Shown: positions 28,295 to 38,656 of the stretch, one piece after another
Layout of the letters: the number at the start of each line of letters is the position of its first letter
How positions within the stretch are numbered: the first letter of the stretch is position 1
NCBI RefSeq assembly: GCF_000150275.1
Contig: NW_002060966.1
Location: 76,415-140,414, forward strand
Source of the DNA: Trichoplax adhaerens
Taxonomy: Eukaryota; Animalia; Placozoa
Direction of reading: 5' to 3'
Length of the DNA: 64,000 nucleotides
Translations under genes and position numbers: made by a program
Notes under the pieces: generated by a model
What the model saw: only the letters and a program-made list of their open reading frames with translations
What the model was told of the DNA's origin: nothing
Database searches by the model: none

Positions 28295-29119
28295 TTACTG
28301 CTGATAATTATAATGAGACCGTAGGTTAAATGGACACCAAGAACGTATAAAAATAGAATGAACGACACATACAATTAAAGCTGCTGCAATGATATCGACA
28401 GCGTAATGATGTAATGAATATAATGCAGCCCAACTAATCCAAGTAATATAAAATAAAGTGCAGCCAAAGCTTTTAATCGGATATATAAATAATATCACTA
28501 CCGGCCACGCAACATGTAAAGATGGCATAGCGCCAAAGGTAATAGTTGCTGTCGAATATATGCGATGAAACGTAGTTATACCGAGGAGATCATCCACTCG
28601 ACTTAATGCGGCTTCATTTGCAGCTATTAATAGCACATTAGCGTTTTTCGAGTTGTGAGTTTCAACAAACCAAGGAGGTGCGGTAGGATACATGAACTGT
28701 ATTGTAAAAGCAAACATATTCACCCAACCACCACACCATATTAGTTTTAATATCACTGTAATTCTTTTTTCCCCGGCTGTAGCATAAATATAGAAAGAAG
28801 AAATTATAGGTAAAATAAAGTGGAGAATGTAAGGCACGGCTGCTGTGATATCAAGTAATGGATGAGCTATCGAAGAAATCCATTTATGAGGTAAGAGGCC
28901 AAAGAGTTCTTTATCCATAGTCGGAAGAAGGGATATATCCGGCTCTAATGGAAATACTGTGCTACATAGTTCTTTCAGCTGATGATAGTTAGTATAGCAG
29001 TAGATATACAAAACAGATGGCAAGCAAGCTAGCACAGCAGTAAGCATGAGTTGAATATCTTCCTTCATTTTGAGCCAATGATGACATAGAGTCAGCTGAT
29101 TATCTTTAATCAAGTCTGT
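28295..29119 (-). CDS. AUR1/IPT1-like (inositol phosphorylceramide synthase-like, PAP2_3) membrane phosphotransferase; main exon, with probable upstream exon(s) at ~29695-30043
   Basis: Motifs PYILHF, APPWF, AALSRVD, FGAMPSLHVAW and ALYSLHHYAVD parallel Aur1 PPWY, FGAFPSLH and HHYxxD, so the His-His-Asp triad is intact. Several TM helices. A TTTTAG acceptor lies just upstream of the ORF, an in-phase donor at ~29695 and a candidate ATG exon (MASLLLCED|GTAAGT) at ~30043. I could not fully resolve the 5' exons. Confidence 0.8.
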   Translation of the reverse strand, partial: TDLIKDNQLTLCHHWLKMKEDIQLMLTAVLACLPSVLYIYCYTNYHQLKELCSTVFPLEPDISLLPTMDKELFGLLPHKWISSIAHPLLDITAAVPYILHFILPIISSFYIYATAGEKRITVILKLIWCGGWVNMFAFTIQFMYPTAPPWFVETHNSKNANVLLIAANEAALSRVDDLLGITTFHRIYSTATITFGAMPSLHVAWPVVILFIYPIKSFGCTLFYITWISWAALYSLHHYAVDIIAAALIVCVVHSIFIRSWCPFNLRSHYNYQQ

Positions 29120-31819
29120 CTAAAATAAGTTAATATAGAGTTTGCTATAAGTTCATAGAACATCTATGCAACAAAAACTGTATATAGGTTAACAAGGTCA
29201 ATCAAACGGAATTTCGTTAGTTCAAATATTGAACAATTATGCTTATAATATACTTATTAAGCAATGGTCTAAAAATGAAATTTTTTAACTCATTGTTGTA
29301 AGACATAATTAGCAGCCGGAAGACTTATTTTACTGCAGAGAACTACATTAAAACGAACCAACTATCGTCAGGAGGAACAGTAACACCTTTAATTTCTTTT
29401 AGACAAAACTGAACCTCTATTTTATTTAAATATCATCTAATTTATAATCAAACTATATAGACATCAATTATCAGTTTTATAGGTAATTATTATACAACTA
29501 TGTAGTTATCTATTAAAGATATGTCAAAGGTCGTTGATAAATTAATATATTAACGCATTCCTAGACAAGTTACAAATACCATATGGAAACGATATTACGA
29601 CAGCTATGTAAAAATAACCGTAACATCCAAATAGTAATCTAATATACATTAGTTTCAAAAGGGTATAGTAAGATTAAGAAAAAAGAGTCTCTACCTGATA
29701 GAAACGATTGGACTGATTTTGCTTCGGATTTTTCTTTTCTTTATATACCTGATGACTCTGATAAATTCGTCTAACAAGAACAGGAGAATAATAAACAGAA
29801 TTATCGTTATCTGCTTGTTAAAGTTAATCTACATGATCGTTATCCCTTTCAATTTATCTATCATTGGAGATTACTTTCAGCAATAGTCTGTCATTGCACT
29901 TTTCTTGGTATTCATTAAGTAACGATATATATATACATCACTAACAAGGAATACTATTCTGATAATAGCAAACCATACCATACGTATTTCAGGATAAGAT
30001 TTAGGTTTACTTACTTGTCTTCGCAGAGAAGTAACGAAGCCATTCTAAAGTAGGAAATTTTCTACTGGATAAAATTCTTCTTTTATACTGCACGTTAGCG
30101 TGAATAATACAGTTATCAGAAGAGTAAGATAAAGCAAGAAATTGTTTCTCAATTATATATCTATATATATGTTATATATATATTTGTATTATTACTAAAT
30201 ATATATATATAATATATTACTCGCTTTCTATATCGTAACGCCAATTTTCATCCGCATGCATCAGCCTTTTAGCTCCAATACTAGATTTTCTCCTTACAGC
30301 CAGTGCAAGAATTGAGAACGCAGTTGAACAAATAAAAGTAGAAGTTTAAGCCTGCGCACAGTCTTTTATACTATACTTTTCGAGAAAGGACATTTTTCTG
30401 TGCAGTTTGTAATCGTCATCACAATTGAATTGAATAACGACGATAAATGATTACTGCAAACTGAGTATACAACTACTATAAAATTATGGAGAGTTTTAGA
30501 TGTCTTTTCTTTTGTTTTTGGAGCAATTTTAATGTATGATATCCGCTTTTATGACCTTTTGTTTCAGACAAACTCTAAATAACAGTCTGCTATTCCATTG
30601 TTGTCTTTATAAGGATACCATTCGGTATTGTAGTTGTTGGTGCGGAGATTTACATCGGAAGAGGAATCTATATGCAGTACTAAGATGGATTGGATACCTT
30701 GTGAGATGATTGTATCACGACGATTGGATGTTATTATTTTCAAATAAAGTTTTGGAAGTAAATGCTTTGACAATGGATTACCTACGCGAAAGGAGTAGAG
30801 TAGCTATTGCATTGTCTTCCTGCAACTTCTGCGCTCAGCATGATGGGATGTGCAACGATGATTGAATAACAAGCGCTGGCAATGACCACAGGATTTTAAA
30901 CCATACCTGCTGTAATCAAAAGGATTTTTGTAGTACCTTTAATTTTAGGCGTAAAAGTGTTTCGAGAATACTGCATTCGTCTATTTCACGTTACATTGCA
31001 TTCAAGCAAGAAAGCAATGACAATTTGAGAACCGATCGGTCGCTTTGGATACAGGAGGACCGTTAGTATACTTGCTTTACAGTATAAAAGTGCCCTGACA
31101 TCATCCATCAACGATGCTTTAATAGACAACACACTAAAACGTGTACCTATTGATGCTCGAACAGTTTGCGATTTCAAGATATGGCATCGCTATCACCAAG
31201 GTAGTATATGACTAAGCCACTGAAACGCTGAAACCTCATCGAGTATTAACAAGATAAAGCATTGTAGACATTTGCTTTTCGATTTTTGAACGATACTGAT
31301 CATTAGTCAATGTTTCAGTTTATGCTGAAGGCGGTGTCACGGACTACTTCTTGATAAGTATACTAGTCTAACGTAATGCACTTACTTTGAGTTGCTTCTA
31401 CACATTACTATCTTAATCTGTTGAAAGATGTAGTAAGAACATAATACTGCTACTATAACGCCTAAAAAGCACCCTTGTAAAAAGTGGACAACCGGTCGAC
31501 CTGCTGTACCACAATCTATAAAATAGCTTTCTACTATAACACCGAAACACTGTCAGCTACAATCATTTCTTCAACTCTATCATGACGGCAACTTCGTGCA
31601 GTAAGATGTGGAAAACTGTGCTTCGAAGATGCTACGCGGCAAACAGTGGCGGAGGACAAGCAACAGTCCTAGCCAACCGCTTTCCCTCATCTGCCTCGCT
31701 GATCATCTTCAAGTTGCCTATACCAAAAGCGTGTTGTTGAACCTTGGATCAAGCTTAGGAACGCTTGCTCTGGTGTCTCAGACGGACAGACTCATTTTGA
31801 TACCAAATGAGTCGATTTG

Positions 31820-32590
31820 AGTGTACAGTCCTGTACAGTTAGTACAGTACGGTACAGTGAGTAGTGGACTGTCGTCCACAATACAGGGTGCCGACTGCCG
31901 AGTCAACTACGGAATGGAACGGAACGCGGATGCGCACTTCAGCTTCTGGCGGAATGCGCCTGCGTACTTCGGCATTCCGTCAAAGCGTGTAAAATAGAGA
32001 ACATGGTACTGTACGTACTGTACTCCGTGTACAGTACTGTACTGTACTGTACTGTACAGTACTATACAATATACAGTACATAGTACTGTACGTATTAGTA
32101 CGTCCGCATGTCCGTCGTACAGTACAGTACAAGAAATAATTGAATATTGATAATAATAATAATAATGATAATAACTCTATTGTTATTATTGACAATACAG
32201 TACAGTACTGTACAGTACAACTCTACAATCTGCCGTACTGTACAGTATTTGCCAGATTCTGATTGAGAGTTGTACTGTACTGTACTGTACAGTACTGTAC
32301 TGTACAGTACAGTACAGTACACAAAACACTGTACAGTACATGTACTGTAAACTTGTACAGTACTGCACCGTACGAACCTTCAGTACGGTTGTTCATAGCC
32401 ATTACAATACTGTGTGTTAGTGTGAACTCTACAGTCAAGAACACACAATGTACAGTACGTAACAGTGTACTGTACACTGTACTGTCAGTACGGTAGCAAA
32501 CAAAGACAAAAGTTGGTGAACGTCAAACGCAAATGACGGATAATCCAAATCATACCAATCAATTGGAGCCATTTCGATGGTACAGTAGGA
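31820..32590. repeat. Degenerate pentameric satellite (ACAGT/ACTGT)n in mixed orientations, with an internal (AAT)n tract
   Basis: Runs such as GTACTGTACTGTACTGTACAGTACTGTACTGTACAGTACAGTACAGTAC (32272-32320); (AAT)n at ~32147-32174. It generates the spurious YCTV/YSTV ORFs. Confidence 0.9.
31909..31980. other. GC-rich 72-nt imperfect hairpin (inverted repeat)
   Basis: ACGGAATG (31909) pairs with CATTCCGT (31980). Inner stems CGGA/TTCG, ACGCGG/CTGCGT, GCGCA/TGCGC and TTCAGC/GCGGAA close a 5-nt loop. Confidence 0.7.
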
Positions 32591-32631
32591 TGTACGGATG
32601 GACGTCGGCGTGAGTATCGATCTCCTACAGC

Positions 32632-32750
32632 ACCTTGATGACGTCAAGAGGTCAAAAGACCGTCATGTGAGCGTTGGTGCTCGTCTTGTGATCGTGGTGC
32701 AGCAGTGTCACTGCACTTTGGCCGTGACGCATACTGCTTATATAAACTGC
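32632..32750 (+). promoter_or_regulatory. Cathepsin A proximal promoter: CRE, M-box/CLEAR-like site, TATA
   Basis: TGACGTCA at 32639-32646, GTCATGTGA at 32662-32670 and TATATAAA at ~32739-32746, upstream of a non-coding first exon ending at donor AG|GTAAGT (32838). Confidence 0.55.
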
Positions 32751-32975
32751 AACGCCTCGGTTGGTTGATAACAGCTCCCTCGGTCCTGGCCATCAGCTTG
32801 CTTCGTTGTCACGACTACTTTTGCAAAACCAGTGCTAGGTAAGTGATATTGGATTGAAAGTAGATTCTACTGTACAACGGATTTAAAATTGAAACGGTTG
32901 TAAAGGATACTCTTGTATCCAAGTGTAGAAATTCTCTTGCTGATTGCTTTTTTGTCGTTGCAACAGAACCATACC

Positions 32976-34364
32976 ATGACTTCAATGCTGCCTATTTTAG
33001 CTTGCTTTGCCTTTTTGGCCTTTGTCACGCAAGCGTTTCCTGGAAACCAGGATATCGTCCATCATTTACCTGGACTGCCAAATCAGCCCAGTTTTAAGCA
33101 TTATTCTGGCTACTTGAATGGATTAAAAACCAACAAATTGCATTATTGGTTTGTCGAAGCAGTCAAGAATCCATCCGATGCTCCGTTACTGTTATGGTTG
33201 AACGGTGGACCAGGTTGCAGCTCATTGGATGGTTTCCTCTCCGAACATGGACCTTTCGCTGTCAAGCCTGACGGCAAAACGTTATACTATCGCCCAACTT
33301 CATGGAATAAATTTGCTAATGTCTTGTATTTAGAATCACCATCTGGTGTTGGCTTTTCTTATAATAGCAACAAAGATTACATTTGGGATGATGATAGTGT
33401 TGCTATGAATAATTTCGTTGCCTTGAAGGACTTTTTCAGGCGATTTCCACAATTTGTCAAGAATGATTTTTTTATCACTGGTGAAAGTTATGGAGGCATT
33501 TACGTTCCTACATTGACCCTTTTAGCCAAAAATGATTCATCCATGAACTTGAAAGGATTTGCTGTTGGTAATGGTATGAGTAGTTATAGACTCAATGATG
33601 ACTCGTTGATCTATTTTGGATACTATCATGGTCTATTTGGTACTGGACTATGGAAAATTTTACATCGTGATTGTTGCACTAATGGCGTATGCAATTTCCA
33701 TAATCCTACCAGTATGAAATGTGTAGAAGCCGTGAATGAGGCCATGGGTTTCATTAACAACGATTTGGATGTTTACAATGTCTATGCAGACTGTTACCAT
33801 AGTACATCGAAAAGTATCCGTCTTCGAGTCGCTTTGTCAAACCTTTTCAGACACTATAAAAAATTTCACCAGCGTCTTCAAGCAGTGAATGGAGGCTTGC
33901 CATGTGTGAACACTACTGCTGAAACGGTTTATTTCAACAGTATGAACGTCAAAAAAGCTCTACATATTCCGTCAGGTTTGCCTCCATGGTCCATCTGTAA
34001 CTTGAAGATCAATGTTCAATATCATCGAACTTATCAACATACCATTACTATTTACCCCAAGTTGATTACCAGCCTGAGAGGTTTATTGTATAACGGTGAC
34101 ATTGATATGGCCTGCAACTTTTTAATGGAAGAATGGTCTATCGATTCGCTCAATTTAACTGTGACTAAGCCACGCCAAGCTTGGTACTATAATGATTTTG
34201 ATGGTAAACAAGTTGGTGGTTATGTCATACGCTATAAGAATTTCGATTATGCCACTGTTCGTGGATCTGGTCATATGGCACCTCAAGATAAACCTGTACC
34301 CACATTCCAGTTACTGAAAAATTTCATCTTTAATAAGCCCTACAGTAATCCTAATGAGCCTTAA
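32976..34364 (+). CDS. CTSA: Cathepsin A / lysosomal protective protein (serine carboxypeptidase S10), 462 aa
   Basis: Signal peptide MTSMLPILACFAFLAFVTQA, WLNGGPGCSS, catalytic GESYGG (Ser), DMAC (Asp), GSGHMAP (His). The ORF-track start (32913) is a TTG inside a 5'UTR intron (32839-32966); the true ATG is 32976. Confidence 0.95.
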   Translation: MTSMLPILACFAFLAFVTQAFPGNQDIVHHLPGLPNQPSFKHYSGYLNGLKTNKLHYWFVEAVKNPSDAPLLLWLNGGPGCSSLDGFLSEHGPFAVKPDGKTLYYRPTSWNKFANVLYLESPSGVGFSYNSNKDYIWDDDSVAMNNFVALKDFFRRFPQFVKNDFFITGESYGGIYVPTLTLLAKNDSSMNLKGFAVGNGMSSYRLNDDSLIYFGYYHGLFGTGLWKILHRDCCTNGVCNFHNPTSMKCVEAVNEAMGFINNDLDVYNVYADCYHSTSKSIRLRVALSNLFRHYKKFHQRLQAVNGGLPCVNTTAETVYFNSMNVKKALHIPSGLPPWSICNLKINVQYHRTYQHTITIYPKLITSLRGLLYNGDIDMACNFLMEEWSIDSLNLTVTKPRQAWYYNDFDGKQVGGYVIRYKNFDYATVRGSGHMAPQDKPVPTFQLLKNFIFNKPYSNPNEP

Positions 34365-35282
34365 ATAGTATTTTTTCCCATTTTTCGAATCGATAGTAAA
34401 TTCAGTGTTGTAATTCTAGTGTTACTAAGTAATTTTCAAATAATTTTTTTGAAAACCGATCTATCATCCATGTTGTGCTTGTAAAAAGTTCAATGTGCAT
34501 TGATACTTGCAAACAAATGCATCTTTATATAATAAGTAGTATATATATACGATTATACATATGTAGAAATGTAAAATAGCCGATGCCTTAACCATTTATT
34601 ATCAAGTTGTATTTCTGGTTATCACGACTTCAAGATGGTGAACTACTTGCTCATTGTTAAGGATCAATTAATAAATTGAAAAATTTTATCTAGACTGTAT
34701 AGAAAAGATTCATCGTTACAATGACTATACTCAATTTAAATGTATGTCATGATTTTATTTGAGGTGTTTAATAAATTTTTATACTTTTTATACAGCCATA
34801 TAGTTGTACAGAATTGATCGATGAATGCATGCCATTGGTATTTTATTTCTAATCCGGTTAATGTGCATTGCAGCGATATTGTATTCTACTCACATAGGGT
34901 ATTTGATCTATTTATTTACTTACATTAATTTGACGGGTGTAGTGCTAAACACTATATGTAATTTGCAGTGATTTGTATAGTACAGTAGAAAGCGTTATAG
35001 TAGCCAACTTTAATCCCGAGCTATCAATTCTGATTTTCACTCTTAATATACTGTATTTCCCTTGCACCAAGTGAGCATCCAAGCGCTGTGGTTTTGTTTA
35101 CTATTACTAATTACGACAGCAAAAGAATCATAGTCATTAGCCAATCGGCAATTACATTCACTACAGTATGTTTCATTTCTTTTCTAAATGATGCATATCT
35201 GATATTAAAAATTGCTTCTATTCATGACAAGATTTCTGAACCTACAATTACTTCAAAAGGAATCAATATCGTAGCTACAATA

Positions 35283-37751
35283 ATGGAATCTACCCGAAAT
35301 TGTCCAATATTTGGTACGCCGAAGGAGCTGGATAATTATGTTCTACCGAAGATAGAAGATGTTGTCCGATTTTATGATTACATCAAAACTAATGGCAACA
35401 AAGCTAAAATAGTTGATATCGAAAACGGTTGCCAGCATGACATTATTAAATATGTAGCGGAACAAGTTGCAGCAGCATGGATACTAGCTTCTATCCCAAT
35501 CATACCTCATAAAGAAGTAGTAGAAAGAGTTAGCATGTATATTAAGGAACGACAGATTTTAGTATTAGTACCCAATGCCGATCAAAATAATCTCATATAT
35601 CAGCGGAAGATAGATCAATTCTGGAATAATTCGCAAAAGCTGTTTGATATATGCACTTGCCAATGTCTATCAGAAATGGTATGCCAACATAGAAATAATC
35701 AGCGCGTTTCAAAAAAGCGAAAAGATTTTCTGTTGGATCAGCGTACAGATCGTAAATTAACCGATGATAGAATTCAATACAAAAATGGCAAAGTTATGCG
35801 TCCTGGTGAAATACGAAAGCGACGTAATGTTTCGAATGAAATTATGTGTATACTAAGCTCTAATTTTGAACAATTGCGTCAATCGGCTTCTGAAAAAAAT
35901 GATAGGAAATCTTATAAATCCGATAGTTGCTATACTGACTGTGTTAAAAGAAAAGGGTACCATCTACGTCGGCATGCAGCTCGACGCCAAGCAAAGCTCA
36001 TCAAATTACATAAGAAATTACTTAATTCAGATAGCGAAAACTATCAGGCTAATGAAAAAAAGCTCAATCCTGATTTTTTAGGATCAAGCGATGTATCCAG
36101 TAAAGGCGGTATGAAAATAGATGATTCAGACGTAAATGCATCGGAAGATACTTGGCATCCTTCTCCTAAAGGTAAGTTAGGAGCTAATAAATTACGGGCC
36201 TCACCTTTTGCAGGCGCTGTCATAGTAAATCAGTTACGAATTCCTTTGCCAGCATTAGCTCGAGAATGTGAACGTTATAATATATCAGACCGTAAAGGCG
36301 CTGCTATTGCAACTGCTGTCTTGCAAGATTTCAATATAGTCAATGAAAAGAACTTAAGTGGTGTCATAGATAGCAGTAAATTACGTCGAGAGCGTAAAAA
36401 ATATCGCGACTCAATCGTAGTCAGTAATTTTGCTTTATCTAATTTATACTTTGATGGCAAAAGAGATAAGTGCATAGCAAATATACAAATGGGCAAGAAA
36501 AGATATCGAAGAGAAAAAATTGAAGAACATATTACAATGTTAAGTGAGCCAAATCATGAGTACATCGGCCATGTAACTCCCGTTCAAGGTAGCTCAAAAT
36601 ACATTGTAGATGCAATGATAGATTTTTTTCAGTCGAATCGTATTTTCATTGATGGTCTTCAAGTAATTGGTTGTGACGGAACTAATGTGAATATTGGCCC
36701 AAAAGGTGGAGTTATTCGTTTACTTGAAGAAAGATTAAATAAACCCATTCACTGGTTTGTCTGTTTATTGCATCTTAACGAGCTACCATTTCGGCGTCTT
36801 TTCCAGCAGCTTGACGCTGTAAATGAAGAAGTTGGATTGTATACAGGACCTATTGGAAAATCCATCTTTAATACACCATTTAATGCCAATCTAAGTTCAA
36901 CTGATGGAATTTCTTTCCAAAAATTAAAATGTGACCTGCCTGAGTTTAAATCTATCGAAGAATTAAGTTGTGATCAAAAATATCTATATCAAATATGTAC
37001 AGCAATCAGTAAAGGTTACTGTGAAATTGATTTGTCGCGTCGTTATCCAGGTAATATTTCCAATGCTAGATGGCTAACGACAGCAAATAGAATTCTACGA
37101 GTTTATATTGCGACTTCTACTCCAAGTAAATCGCTTCAAATAATCACAAATTATATCATCAAGGTTTACACTCCCTTGTGGTTTGCCATTAAAGCTAAAC
37201 CGCAGTGTACATATGGACCTCGCCATTTTTTTCAACTTATTCGATTGTCAAGATTTCTCGCTTCTAATCAACAAAAAATAATTGATGAAGTTATTCAACG
37301 AAATGCTTACTTCGCCCATCCCGAAAATTTGCTGTTAGCAATGCTAACTGACGATGATAAATCACTTCGTGAGTCTGCATTTGAGAAGATTCTGTTTGCT
37401 CGTCGATATATCAAGAGGATAAATGTTCGGCAATTTAAGATTCCAAAGATAGATTTCAATGCTGCGAGTTATGCAGAAATGATTGACTGGCAGAGAGAAG
37501 CAATTACTGAGCCACCTCTGACCATGCCTTTATCAGAGTTAGAACTTCGTCAAATCGTGGAAACAGGTGATGATTCTCATTTTGATGCTTATCCATGCCA
37601 TATGCAAGCAGTAGAACGAATAATTCGATTGGTGACGGCAGCTTCTACATCAGTTTATGGGTATGAGCGACGAGAAGGTTTAATCAGATCGACTTTGAAA
37701 TCTAGAAAAATTACTAAGGGCTCGAGAAAAGCTGATTTCAAGTGCAGGTAA
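35283..37751 (+). CDS. hAT-superfamily-like (probably hATm-type) DDE transposase, 822 aa from ATG 35283, uninterrupted
   Basis: N-terminal CPIFG..LP...DV; catalytic candidates YFDGK (D, 36453), GCDGTNVN (D, 36675) and HMQAVER (E, 37614); C2H motif CLLH (36762-36773); ARWLTTANRILR; RNAYFAHPEN. The ORF-track start (35088) is GTG. A possible 66-nt 5' intron lies at 35166-35231. Confidence 0.85.
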   Translation: MESTRNCPIFGTPKELDNYVLPKIEDVVRFYDYIKTNGNKAKIVDIENGCQHDIIKYVAEQVAAAWILASIPIIPHKEVVERVSMYIKERQILVLVPNADQNNLIYQRKIDQFWNNSQKLFDICTCQCLSEMVCQHRNNQRVSKKRKDFLLDQRTDRKLTDDRIQYKNGKVMRPGEIRKRRNVSNEIMCILSSNFEQLRQSASEKNDRKSYKSDSCYTDCVKRKGYHLRRHAARRQAKLIKLHKKLLNSDSENYQANEKKLNPDFLGSSDVSSKGGMKIDDSDVNASEDTWHPSPKGKLGANKLRASPFAGAVIVNQLRIPLPALARECERYNISDRKGAAIATAVLQDFNIVNEKNLSGVIDSSKLRRERKKYRDSIVVSNFALSNLYFDGKRDKCIANIQMGKKRYRREKIEEHITMLSEPNHEYIGHVTPVQGSSKYIVDAMIDFFQSNRIFIDGLQVIGCDGTNVNIGPKGGVIRLLEERLNKPIHWFVCLLHLNELPFRRLFQQLDAVNEEVGLYTGPIGKSIFNTPFNANLSSTDGISFQKLKCDLPEFKSIEELSCDQKYLYQICTAISKGYCEIDLSRRYPGNISNARWLTTANRILRVYIATSTPSKSLQIITNYIIKVYTPLWFAIKAKPQCTYGPRHFFQLIRLSRFLASNQQKIIDEVIQRNAYFAHPENLLLAMLTDDDKSLRESAFEKILFARRYIKRINVRQFKIPKIDFNAASYAEMIDWQREAITEPPLTMPLSELELRQIVETGDDSHFDAYPCHMQAVERIIRLVTAASTSVYGYERREGLIRSTLKSRKITKGSRKADFKCR

Positions 37752-38656
37752 TCTTAGTACCGCCTTAACTAGAAGCTAGAGCCTAGAGTTTTGTTGATTG
37801 TACCGTGCAAATTAATACTGCTATGGAATGAAATTATAAAACAACCTGATTGAACAGTAATTTACTAGAATATTTGAATTATATTTAAGGATACCATACT
37901 GCATCTATATAATTTCACATACTGAAATAGTAAACAAATACAAAAATTAAAGGCAAGGCCAAATTTGAAGCTAACTGTATTGAATCTACATTTTGGAGGA
38001 TAATTAGTTATGGTGTATCTTTCTTCAGAAGTGACCGCTAACTCTAGGTTTCCTCTATCGAAAGACTTAAGCTACTGCCAAAATGGCCATATTTGTTTGT
38101 TTCTTTATTTGGGAGTCAATATGTTCCTGAAGTATAGTAAGAAATTCATTATAAGCATGATTATCCATCCCAACTAACATTTCGGTTTAAAAAGGTCGGC
38201 TTCTTAACCGATGTTGATAGATAAAAATTGCACAAAACAGCATTTATATTGTTATTGAGGGTTTGAGTATTAATTAACAGCTTTTAATATTATCCAATTT
38301 TCGTTAAATAAACTAAAAACTTAATGATATATATTACTATCTTGAATCACGCATGATAGCTGATTAAATAAAATTAATAATTAGTTGGTGTGACAGTGTT
38401 ATATACTGTATTAGAGTAGAAATATTTATGTTAGGATAATTCTGTTAGCCTATCCTTATTTAGTTAACTTCTAATTTGGATATACTGCGTTTTAATATAG
38501 CATTGACTTTTTATGACAGTGACACATACACCCATACTGAAATTAATAGTTATAATAGGGAATGCAAATCATCTACTTACAGTTCGAATCATTGTGATTG
38601 TAACTTACTTATGGTAGATTGTAAACTATCGTGGAAATGTTTCGTGATAGGACATG

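Noticed and set aside
30560-31980. Telomerase RNA, RNase P or SRP RNA candidate
   Set aside because: No CTAACCCTAA template, no complete RNase P CR-I/CR-V motifs, no SRP Alu 5' end.
31980-32647. Six overlapping short ORFs, most rich in YCTV/YSTV
   Set aside because: Translations of the pentamer satellite and its flank in several frames on both strands; no protein signal.
32913-32975. N-terminal extension of cathepsin A in the ORF track
   Set aside because: TTG start inside a GT-AG intron; the signal peptide begins at ATG 32976.
28295-34364. Functional sphingolipid cluster (AUR1-like synthase divergent from CTSA)
   Set aside because: Adjacency of two genes is not evidence of co-regulation; conserved synteny and co-expression would be needed.
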